NCBI GenBank assembly: GCA_964291285.2
Contig: OZ219786.1
Span: forward strand, 512,001-576,000
Origin: Alphaproteobacteria bacterium
GTDB taxonomy: Bacteria > Pseudomonadota > Alphaproteobacteria > Bin95
Length of the DNA stretch: 64,000 nt
Direction: 5' to 3'
Position numbers and translations under genes: made by a program. Each line of letters begins with the position of its first letter. The stretch's first letter is position 1. The notes under the pieces were generated by a model. That model searched no databases. It was not told the DNA's origin and saw nothing but the letters and a program-made list of their open reading frames with translations. This document shows positions 8,699-16,635 of this stretch, piece after piece.

Positions 8699-9235
8699 TC
8701 ACCCGAACACGAAGGACAGGTGGTTCGACGCTGCGCCCTCGTCGCAATTGTCGTTCAGCCACGCCAGGTCGCGCGACACCGGCGCGACCGCGCTGACCGT
8801 CGCCGGCGCGGCAGCCGCGACCAGCATCGCCACGATCCCCGAGCCCGAACGCGTGCGCCCGACATAGGCCTCGCCCAGCGCCTTGCAGGTCTCGTCGTCC
8901 AGCTCCTCGAAGGTGATCTGGAACCGCCCGCCATTGCCCCGGATCGATACCGCCGCCCCGAACGGGTGCTCGATCGTCGCAGTGCCGCCCGTCCCCTTCC
9001 GGGCCCCGTCCGGGATCCGCCCGAACCCCGCCATCACCGGCACGATGTCGTCGTTGTTCGTCCCGTAGCTCGACTGGCTCGCATAGGTGCTCTCCACGTT
9101 CGCGCGCAGCATGTTCAGCAGGCGGATCGACTCGCCCTCCTTCAGCTTCGAGGTGATGCCGTTGTAGATGGCCACCACCACGACCAGGGCCACCAGGCCC
9201 GCGATCACGCTCAGCAACACTCCGACCGGATTCAT
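8699..9235 (-). CDS. pilS: Type IVb major pilin PilS-like, copy 2 (neutral D-region)
   Basis: N-terminal hydrophobic helix, HPFGAAVSI, FQITFEELDDETCKAL, C-terminal Cys and hydrophobic strand; AAGGAGGAGG RBS. Confidence 0.8.
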   Translation of the reverse strand: MNPVGVLLSVIAGLVALVVVVAIYNGITSKLKEGESIRLLNMLRANVESTYASQSSYGTNNDDIVPVMAGFGRIPDGARKGTGGTATIEHPFGAAVSIRGNGGRFQITFEELDDETCKALGEAYVGRTRSGSGIVAMLVAAAAPATVSAVAPVSRDLAWLNDNCDEGAASNHLSFVFG

Positions 9236-9320
9236 GCCGTCCTCCTCCTTCTCGCCGGGACCGCGCCGCCGTCCCCGGCAGCCGGCGCCCTGTCCTGAAA
9301 CCCGTTCACCGAAAGCCTTC

Positions 9321-9857
9321 TCACCCGAACACGAAGATCAGGTGGTTCGACGCGCCGCCCTCGTCGCAGTTGGCGTTCAGCCACGCCAGGTCGCGCACCA
9401 CCGGGTCCCCCCGGTGGACCCTGGCCGGCGCGGCCGCGCGCACCCGCATGCGCACGATCCCCGAGCCCGAGCGCGTGCGCCCGACATAGGCCTCGCCCAG
9501 CGCCTTGCAGGTCTCGTCGTCCAGTTCCTCGAAGGTGATCTGGAACCGCCCGCCATTGCCCAGGATCGATACCGCCGCGCCGAACGGGTGCTCGATCGTC
9601 GCGGCGCCGCCCGTCCCCTTCCGGGCCCCGTCCGGGATCCGTCCGAACCCCGCCAGGACCGGCACGAGGTCGTCGTTGTTCGTCCCGTAGCTCGACTGGC
9701 TCGCATAGGTGCTCTCCACATTCGCGCGCAGCATGTTCAGCAGGCGGATCGACTCGCCCTCCTTCAGCTTGCTCGTGATGCCGTTGTAGATGCTCACCAC
9801 CACGACCAGGGCCACCAGGCCCGCGATCACGCTCAGCAACACTCCGACCGGGTTCAT
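9321..9857 (-). CDS. pilS: Type IVb major pilin PilS-like, copy 1 (Arg-rich D-region)
   Basis: Same length (178 aa) and near-identical to 8699..9235; GGAGG RBS directly after the pilR stop. Confidence 0.8.
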   Translation of the reverse strand: MNPVGVLLSVIAGLVALVVVVSIYNGITSKLKEGESIRLLNMLRANVESTYASQSSYGTNNDDLVPVLAGFGRIPDGARKGTGGAATIEHPFGAAVSILGNGGRFQITFEELDDETCKALGEAYVGRTRSGSGIVRMRVRAAAPARVHRGDPVVRDLAWLNANCDEGGASNHLIFVFG

Positions 9858-9869
9858 GCCCCTGCCTCC

Positions 9870-10934
9870 TCAGTAGTTCTGCACCGCGGTCGCGATGTCG
9901 AAGCTGACCCAGAAGATCCACAGCATCTGCGCCGTGCCGAGCGTCATCAGCACCGTGTTCAGCACCATGGTCTTCGCCCGCATCACCGCCTCCGAGCGCT
10001 CGATCCAGCGCTCCACGAAGCCCGCCAGCGTCTCCTCCCAGTCCGCCCGGCCCTCCATCGCCGCCGCCACCGCCACCAGCGACTTGTCCGGGAACTCGTG
10101 CCCGCTCGCGGCCAGCGCCGAACCGAACCCCAGACCCTCGTTCAGCATCAGCCCGCTCACACGCCGCATCCGCGAGCGCACATAGGCCGACGCCCCGCGC
10201 TCGAACTGCGCGAACGTCGCCGCGTTCAGGTCCACCCCGACGCGCAGGAACTCCACGCACACGAACAGGAACCCCGAACCCGACAGCATCCGGTAGAGCG
10301 AGAACGGCGCGAACCGGTCCGCGAACGCCCGCCCCCGGCCCGTCCAGCGCAGCACGACCAGCCGCCCCGCCAGCACCGCCAGCACCAACAGCAGCCCCGC
10401 CTCCAGGTCGTGCGCGTAAAGACCCTCCGAGGCCCAGGCCAGCACCGCCGAGAACGCGTCCCAGCGCGACGGGTCGCTCACCGCGCGCATCGCCGGGAAC
10501 ACCTCGTAGCCCATGAACCACGTCATGCCCGCGCAGCCCAGGAAGATCACCAGCGGCCAGAACAGCGCCATCGCAACCGCCCGCACCTGCTTCGCGCGCA
10601 TCTCCGCCACCCGCGCCGCCGCCAGGAACAGCGTCTCCGCCCGCGCCCGGCCCAGGCCGTAGAACACCATCGCCTCCGAAGCCGGAACCCAGCGCGACAG
10701 CTCCACCGCGAACGCGTCGCCGCCCGCAGCCAGCGCCCTGTTCCAGTCCCGCAGCATCTCCACCCGGAACGTCTCGCGCGCCTTCGCCCGCATCACAGCC
10801 TCGAGCGCCTGCGGCATCTCCAGCCCGCCGCGCAGCAGGTCGTGCATCAGGTACCAGATGTCCACCCGCGCGCCCGTCCCGGCCGCCAGGAACCGGCGCG
10901 CCCGCAACCGCAACGCCGCCGCAAGGCGCCTCAT
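9870..10934 (-). CDS. pilR: Type IVb pilus inner-membrane platform protein (PilR/GspF family)
   Basis: GspF-like topology; PFSLYRMLSG and GHEFPD motifs; ATG overlaps the ATPase stop. Confidence 0.8.
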   Translation of the reverse strand: MRRLAAALRLRARRFLAAGTGARVDIWYLMHDLLRGGLEMPQALEAVMRAKARETFRVEMLRDWNRALAAGGDAFAVELSRWVPASEAMVFYGLGRARAETLFLAAARVAEMRAKQVRAVAMALFWPLVIFLGCAGMTWFMGYEVFPAMRAVSDPSRWDAFSAVLAWASEGLYAHDLEAGLLLVLAVLAGRLVVLRWTGRGRAFADRFAPFSLYRMLSGSGFLFVCVEFLRVGVDLNAATFAQFERGASAYVRSRMRRVSGLMLNEGLGFGSALAASGHEFPDKSLVAVAAAMEGRADWEETLAGFVERWIERSEAVMRAKTMVLNTVLMTLGTAQMLWIFWVSFDIATAVQNY

Positions 10935-12556
10935 GCCGCCGCCTCCGACGCCACCGCCGCCAGACCCCGCAGCGCCTCGGCCGCCTCCGGGATCTCCGCC
11001 CCCTTCAGCAGCGCGTCCGCCGGGTCCACACGCCCCGCCGCGACCGCCCGCCAGATCCGCCGCCCCAGCGGAACCCCGCCCATGGCATCGACCCAGTGGT
11101 TCCACGCCCCGATCGCGTCACGCTTCCCCACGAACCGCAGGTAGCCGTCGTTCGGAACGATCCACTCCGCCACCGCCTGCTGGCCCTCGTAGCCCGCCCA
11201 CGCCGCCAGAGAGAGCGCCGACTGGCCCGGACGGCGGCATGCGCCGCAGCCTTGCGGGTCGCGGTAGCGCACCCGCCCCCCCAGCACCGCCTCGAGCCCC
11301 TCCGGAAGCGTCCGGCCCTCCGGCAGGCCCGGACGCGAGCAGTGGCGGCACAGCAGCGGCACCAGCGTCTGCTTCATCAGCAGGCGGATGTTGCCCCGCT
11401 TCGTCACCTCCGCCTCCGTCACCCCGAGGTCCATCAGCCGGAACAGGATGCCGTTCGCACTGTGCACGTGGATCGTCGTCCACACCTGGTGGCCCGAGTC
11501 GATGAACTGCAGCACCTGGCGCGCCCCCGAACGGTCGCGGATCTCGCCCACCATCCCCGAGGCCGGGTGAAGCCGCACGAAATGCATCAGGCCCGCCTGG
11601 AAGTGCAGGTCGCGCTCCTCGCCCGCGCCCCCCGTCGGAACCGCGATCTGGACCGCGCCCTCTATGTCGTATTCGACCGGGTCCTCCAGCGTCACGAGGT
11701 TCAGACGGCCCCCGTGCTCGCGCATCTGCAGCGCCAGGTTCGTCGCCAGCGTCGTCGACTTCCCGTCCCCCGTCGTCCCCCCGATGACGATCCCGCCGTA
11801 TTTCGACATCCGGATCTCGCGGAACAGGCTCTCCACCTCCTCAGTGAACCCCAGGTCCGCCAGCGTCCGCGCACTCCCGCCATGGTCCCGGTAGAACAGC
11901 CGCGCGAACAGGTGGTGGCCGTCCGGCTCGTCCGGACCCGCCTCGCAGCGCAGCGCCGCGATCTCCTCCGGCAGCGGAAACGCCTCCGAACGACGGATGC
12001 TGAACCCCTGGAAGCTGCCCCGCTGCAGCGAGGTCTGCCGCGACCCCTCGTCCTTCACGTAGAACAGGAACCCGTAGACCCGGTCCGCGTCGCTCGTCGT
12101 CAGCGCCTCGCCCAGCGCCAGCTTGCGGTCGTTCACGATCGCGAACACCCGGCACCCGTCCGCGCCCTTCTCGAACACCACATCCGAGGCCCGCGCCCGC
12201 GCCGCCTCCGTGAAGATCCCCGCAACGCTCTCCACGATCGCCGGGTCGACCTCCGGACCCTCCGGACCCGAACCGTGGCCGCGCCACACCGCCGCCACCT
12301 CCCGAAGCGACGCCGCCTCCTCGCGCAACGGACCCCGGACCGCCCCCGAACGCTGCAACTCGACCAGAAGCGCCCGCGCCTCCTCGTCGTTCGCATAGCC
12401 CCGAGCGAACATCACCCGCCCGTCCGACCACACCGCGCAGCGCTCCCGGAACCGCGCGTCCATCCGTCCCCAGCGCACCAGACCCGACGGCAGGACCTCC
12501 GGCGCCGGCTCCCGGAACAGCGCACGATGCCACAGCGGACGGCGACCGGCCGTCAC
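10931..12556 (-). CDS. pilQ: Type IVb pilus assembly ATPase (PilQ/GspE family)
   Basis: Walker A GTTGDGKST, TLEDPVEY Asp box, VGEIRD Walker B, GHQVWTTIH His box, CxxC pairs. Confidence 0.9.
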   Translation of the reverse strand: MTAGRRPLWHRALFREPAPEVLPSGLVRWGRMDARFRERCAVWSDGRVMFARGYANDEEARALLVELQRSGAVRGPLREEAASLREVAAVWRGHGSGPEGPEVDPAIVESVAGIFTEAARARASDVVFEKGADGCRVFAIVNDRKLALGEALTTSDADRVYGFLFYVKDEGSRQTSLQRGSFQGFSIRRSEAFPLPEEIAALRCEAGPDEPDGHHLFARLFYRDHGGSARTLADLGFTEEVESLFREIRMSKYGGIVIGGTTGDGKSTTLATNLALQMREHGGRLNLVTLEDPVEYDIEGAVQIAVPTGGAGEERDLHFQAGLMHFVRLHPASGMVGEIRDRSGARQVLQFIDSGHQVWTTIHVHSANGILFRLMDLGVTEAEVTKRGNIRLLMKQTLVPLLCRHCSRPGLPEGRTLPEGLEAVLGGRVRYRDPQGCGACRRPGQSALSLAAWAGYEGQQAVAEWIVPNDGYLRFVGKRDAIGAWNHWVDAMGGVPLGRRIWRAVAAGRVDPADALLKGAEIPEAAEALRGLAAVASEAAA

Positions 12557-13503
12557 CGCGGGGCCCTCGACCGCCAGGGGAGCCGGTCGGCCCGCCAGCC
12601 CGTCACGCGCACCCCCGGAGGACGCGCCTCGACCGCAACCACCGCAACCCCGCCCGGAAGACTGTCGCCCGCCTCCACACGCCACACCTTCTCGCCGTCC
12701 GTCACCGCCGCGCGCAGCGCAGCGCCCGATCCCGTCACCGCAAACCAGCCATAGTCCGGGGGCGGCTCCGGAGCCGGCGCCGTCCCGGCCTCCTCCGCAC
12801 CGTCCGCCTCCTTGCGCGCCAGTTCCGCCCGCGAGGCCTCCAGCATCGCCTCATGCGCCGCGCGCACCCGCGCGTCCGCCTCGCGGCGCATCGTCTCCCG
12901 ACGCAGCGCCTCCTCGGCGCGCGCCGACGCCGACGCCCGCAGCGCCGCCGCAAGCTCCCGGTCCGAAGCCACGATCTCCGCCAGAAGCGCCTGGCGGTCC
13001 CGGCACAGCGCCAGGATCTCGCGCTCCAGGCCCAGCGCCTCGCTGAACTCCCCCTCCTCCACCGCGGACGACAGCATCCGCGCGATCGCCGACCGCGGAC
13101 ACTCGAACACACGCAGGATCGCCGGCTCATGCGACCCGGCGGCGGCAGACGAGGCCGGGGCGGCGGCGGGAAAGACGGACCGCCGCCCCGGCGCGCCGGC
13201 GGACAACGGAACGGCCGCGTTGTCCGAAGCCGCCGGCGTCCCGCGATCGACACCGCCCGCGCCCGGGGAAGCGGCGGACGGTCCGGGGCCGGGAAGGGAA
13301 GGCGGGGTTGCCGTGGCCGGTGACGGCAGCGAAGACGGCAACGGCGGAAGCGCGTCCCCCGTCCCCTCCGGCAACGCCGACGCCGGTGACAGCAGCAACG
13401 CCCCGGACAGCAGGCCCGCAAGCAGGGGCAGGACCCGCGGACGCGCCCGGACACCCGCCGGAGACTTGACGAAAACCCGCCCCCCGGGACAGGATGCGCC
13501 CAT
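12553..13503 (-). CDS. pilP: PilP-like pilus biogenesis protein
   Basis: Signal peptide, Pro-rich linker, coiled coil and C-terminal V.G.G..LRA...GDSLPGG beta domain; GAAGGA RBS before ATG 13503; located before pilQ. Confidence 0.65.
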   Translation of the reverse strand: MGASCPGGRVFVKSPAGVRARPRVLPLLAGLLSGALLLSPASALPEGTGDALPPLPSSLPSPATATPPSLPGPGPSAASPGAGGVDRGTPAASDNAAVPLSAGAPGRRSVFPAAAPASSAAAGSHEPAILRVFECPRSAIARMLSSAVEEGEFSEALGLEREILALCRDRQALLAEIVASDRELAAALRASASARAEEALRRETMRREADARVRAAHEAMLEASRAELARKEADGAEEAGTAPAPEPPPDYGWFAVTGSGAALRAAVTDGEKVWRVEAGDSLPGGVAVVAVEARPPGVRVTGWRADRLPWRSRAPR

Positions 13504-13972
13504 GATGTCGTCCTTCGACACCCTCGCCGCCGCCGAAGCGCTCCAGGACGCCGGCGCCAAGCCCGAACTCGCCAAGGCCATGGCCGCCCAGCTCAAGGCC
13601 GCGGCGAAAGCCGGCGAACCCGTCACGAGACCCGAACTCGACGCCGCTCTCGGCGCACTCAAGGCCGAACTGCTCGAACGCTTCGCCGCGAGCGAAAAGG
13701 GCCTCAGCGAACGCATCGCCGCGACAGACCAGCGCATCGCCGCGACCGACCAGCGGATTGCATCCGTCGAGAAAAACCTGATCGAGCGCATCGCCGCGAG
13801 CGACCAGCGGACCGCCGCGACCGAGACGCGCCTGCTCGGACGCATCGCGGAGACGGAACGCCGGCTGATGGACCGGACGGCCGCCCTCGTCTGGCGGCTG
13901 TTCGGCGCCATGGTCGCGCTCGCCGGCATCACCATCGCGGTGCTCGAATACCTGCGCACGCCGCCCGGATAG
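13502..13972 (+). CDS. DUF1640/CCDC90-like membrane-anchored coiled-coil protein
   Basis: FDTLAAAEALQDAG head, VTRPELD neck, RIAATDQ-type repeats, C-terminal TM helix; candidate promoter TTGACG-18-CAGGAT at 13466-13495. Confidence 0.75.
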   Translation: MMSSFDTLAAAEALQDAGAKPELAKAMAAQLKAAAKAGEPVTRPELDAALGALKAELLERFAASEKGLSERIAATDQRIAATDQRIASVEKNLIERIAASDQRTAATETRLLGRIAETERRLMDRTAALVWRLFGAMVALAGITIAVLEYLRTPPG

Positions 13973-14049
13973 CCGCCGGCGGCCCCGGAAGCCGCAACCG
14001 GGGCCGCGAAGCGAAGACGGCGGAAGGCGCGCAGCATCGCCCGGCGCCC

Positions 14050-15297
14050 TCAGTACCGGTCCGGCGTGTGCCGGGTCCACACGGTCGGCTGCATGTCGAG
14101 ATCGGCGGCCAGTTCGCGCCAGCCGATGCTGCGCGGCCCCGCCGGATCGTCCCGGACCGTCATCTCGAGGCGGCCCCGCGTCCAGCGCCAGGTTCCGTCG
14201 AAATGCGGGCCCTCGACCAGGGTCCCCGCCTCGTCCACCACCGAGAACTTCCCCTCGGGGTGGAACACGAAACGCCTGTCCGCATACGCCTCGCCCATGA
14301 ACGCCAGCGAACGCGGATAGGGACGCGCGATGAACTCGTCCGTCAGCTGGAACGCCGCATGGCGGTGGCCGGTGGGAAGATAGTAGAACGGATAGCCGAC
14401 CAGGTAGCGGTAACGGACCCTCGGGCCGTCATGAATCTCGATCCACTCGCCCGCCTCGTCTGCCGTGCGCACGATGTCCCAGTAGCCGTCCGTCATGTTC
14501 CAGTGCCCGATCCGCCAGAGCTCCTCCCGGTCTCCGGCGCGCACATAGGTGAGGCCGATGCGTTTGTTGGCGAACAGCACGTTGCCTTCCTGGGCCTCGA
14601 GCCAGGCATCCACTTCCGCCCTGGTGGTCGTCGGCCTGTTGCCGGAGCGGCCGAGGCCGGTGCGGCCCGGCGACGTCAGCTGCGAGCCCGGGAAGTGCCG
14701 GACCGGCGCGTCCGGGTCCTGGCGGCGCAACTCGTCCATCCTCAGCGAGGTCTGCTTCTCGTTGATCCGGATATGCGCCGGGATCTTCAGGTCTGGACAG
14801 GCATCCGCCAGGGCGCGCGGCCAGCTGTCCTGGATATGGCCCCGGGTGGCGACGATATAGGCGCCCTTCCGGTAGATTTCGGTCGCAAGCCCGCCGGTCT
14901 CCGGATCGTAGAAATGGGCTGAATACCGGCGCTCCTGCGGGTTGCGTTGCCACAGCAGTTCGCCGCCGTTCCCCGCCCTGTGCGTCGACCAGCGGATATT
15001 CGACGAGGTCCACCAGGATCGCTTGCCTTCGACGCGGCCGGGCACACACCGATAGACTGTCCCGTCGGCGCCGAAGACCACCCCCTGGACGACATTGCGG
15101 AACCGCCCGGTCCCCTCGAACACCCTCACCCTGTCCGGGAGCAGCCGGTTGTAGAAGTCGGCGCTGTAAGGCGTAAGGTCGTAGTAGGCTTTCCTGCCGG
15201 AGTTCGCCGACTGCCCGTGCGCCGTGCAGGAGGCCAGCGCCGCGCCCGCAAGCGCCAGCGCCAGCAGTCTCCCTGCCGTGAGGTTCGACGGCTTCAT
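14050..15297 (-). CDS. Hypothetical lipoprotein (415 aa)
   Basis: Lipobox ALASC; aromatic and beta-rich; ATG is 1 nt after the desaturase stop with a GAAGGGAG RBS. Confidence 0.7.
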   Translation of the reverse strand: MKPSNLTAGRLLALALAGAALASCTAHGQSANSGRKAYYDLTPYSADFYNRLLPDRVRVFEGTGRFRNVVQGVVFGADGTVYRCVPGRVEGKRSWWTSSNIRWSTHRAGNGGELLWQRNPQERRYSAHFYDPETGGLATEIYRKGAYIVATRGHIQDSWPRALADACPDLKIPAHIRINEKQTSLRMDELRRQDPDAPVRHFPGSQLTSPGRTGLGRSGNRPTTTRAEVDAWLEAQEGNVLFANKRIGLTYVRAGDREELWRIGHWNMTDGYWDIVRTADEAGEWIEIHDGPRVRYRYLVGYPFYYLPTGHRHAAFQLTDEFIARPYPRSLAFMGEAYADRRFVFHPEGKFSVVDEAGTLVEGPHFDGTWRWTRGRLEMTVRDDPAGPRSIGWRELAADLDMQPTVWTRHTPDRY

Positions 15298-15298
15298 G

Positions 15299-16123
15299 TC
15301 ACTGTCTCCCTTCCGTCTCGCGATGGGGTGGCCGGGCCCGGATGCGGGCCCCGCAAGAGGCCAGTCTGAGCACGAGGCCCGCCATGTCGAGCGTCGGGTG
15401 GAATACCGCCCGGCCCGGCGCGGCGTGGTGGTTGTTGTGCCAGCCCTCGCCCCAGGTGAGCAGCGCGACCGCCGGGTTGTTGCGGCTGTCGTCGCCCGTC
15501 CGGTGCGGCTGCGCCCCCCAGCGGTGGCAGGCCATCGTCACCAGCCCGCCTCCCCAGAGCGTCGCCGCCACCGGGACCGCCCAGCCGAAAACCGCCAGAC
15601 GCCAGTCCAGCGCCGCCAGCAGCACAGGCCAGCCGAGCGCCAGCGCCAGGTAGTGCCGGTGCAGCCACAGGCCGAACCGGTCGCCGCGCAGCTCGCGCCG
15701 GAACGCCGCCCTGTCCGCCGGCGCGCCGTAGCTCCCGACCAGCAGCGCCCGCCAGCCGAGCCGGCCGGCCGGATGCGGGTCGCCCGCCCGGTCGGCATGG
15801 GCGTGATGGCGCCGGTGCGTCACCGCCCAGGCGGGCCCGGTCCCGAAGCAGCCCATCACCCCCAGCAGGTGGAACATCACCACCGCCCGGCGCGGCGCCG
15901 CGAAACTCCGGTGCGCGAAGTAGCGGTGGAACCCGATCGACAGCCCGACGCACCCGAACAGGAAATAGCCCGACAGCGCGAGCGCCCACCAACCAAGACC
16001 CGCTTCGGCGAACGCCAGCGCCCACAGCGCGACCGCGCCGGTGACGATCTGGACCGCGCCGAAGAACGTCATCGGCGCGCCCGCCCTCCGGAACAGCTCC
16101 GTTCCTGCCGCCGGCGCGCTCAC
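15299..16123 (-). CDS. Membrane fatty acid desaturase (delta-9 acyl-CoA/acyl-lipid type)
   Basis: Three His boxes HRYFAHRSF, HRRHH and GEGWHNNHH; GTG overlaps the GNAT stop. Confidence 0.9.
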   Translation of the reverse strand: MSAPAAGTELFRRAGAPMTFFGAVQIVTGAVALWALAFAEAGLGWWALALSGYFLFGCVGLSIGFHRYFAHRSFAAPRRAVVMFHLLGVMGCFGTGPAWAVTHRRHHAHADRAGDPHPAGRLGWRALLVGSYGAPADRAAFRRELRGDRFGLWLHRHYLALALGWPVLLAALDWRLAVFGWAVPVAATLWGGGLVTMACHRWGAQPHRTGDDSRNNPAVALLTWGEGWHNNHHAAPGRAVFHPTLDMAGLVLRLASCGARIRARPPHRETEGRQ

Positions 16124-16635
16124 AGCGCGAGCTCGTAGTTGCCGCCCGTCAGCCGGAAGCCGAGGCGCTTCAACAGCCTGTCGGTCCGCGCGATGTCCAC
16201 GCCGGAGGCGACATTGACATGCAGGTGGACCGCGCCGCGTTCCCCGGCCCACCGCCGGCAGGCGTGCAGCAGCTTGATCGCCGCCAGCGACCCCCGATGC
16301 TCCGGCAGCACGTAGAAGGCGAGGATCGAGGCGCCGGGCGCGGACGAGTACCAGTGGGCCCCGACAGCCGCCGACAGCATGCCGACCGTGCGCTCGCCGC
16401 GCTCGGCCTGCACCAGGCAATACCTGCCGGGCTTCGCGAGGCGCTCGACGACGCCCCGCCTGACAAGCTCCGCATCGAAGGAGAGCGCCTTGTCGCCCAT
16501 CTCCTCATACGCGCAGCGGGCCAGGCTCACCCGCGCGGCGATGTCCTCTTCGGACCGCGAGAACCGGACGGTCACGCTCCCGGGCCGGGCGCCTGCCGGG
16601 CGGGGCAGGGCGGCAACTGCCGGGGCCGCGCTCAT
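16120..16635 (-). CDS. GNAT family N-acyltransferase
   Basis: FYVLPEHRGS acyl-CoA binding motif and LKRLGF motif; ATG overlaps upstream stop. Confidence 0.85.
   Translation of the reverse strand: MSAAPAVAALPRPAGARPGSVTVRFSRSEEDIAARVSLARCAYEEMGDKALSFDAELVRRGVVERLAKPGRYCLVQAERGERTVGMLSAAVGAHWYSSAPGASILAFYVLPEHRGSLAAIKLLHACRRWAGERGAVHLHVNVASGVDIARTDRLLKRLGFRLTGGNYELAL

Noticed and set aside
12812-13501. 5' extension of the DUF1640 ORF (and the pilP frame extending to 14037)
   Set aside because: Each extension is the antisense of the other gene; family-like sequence starts only at 13502/13503.
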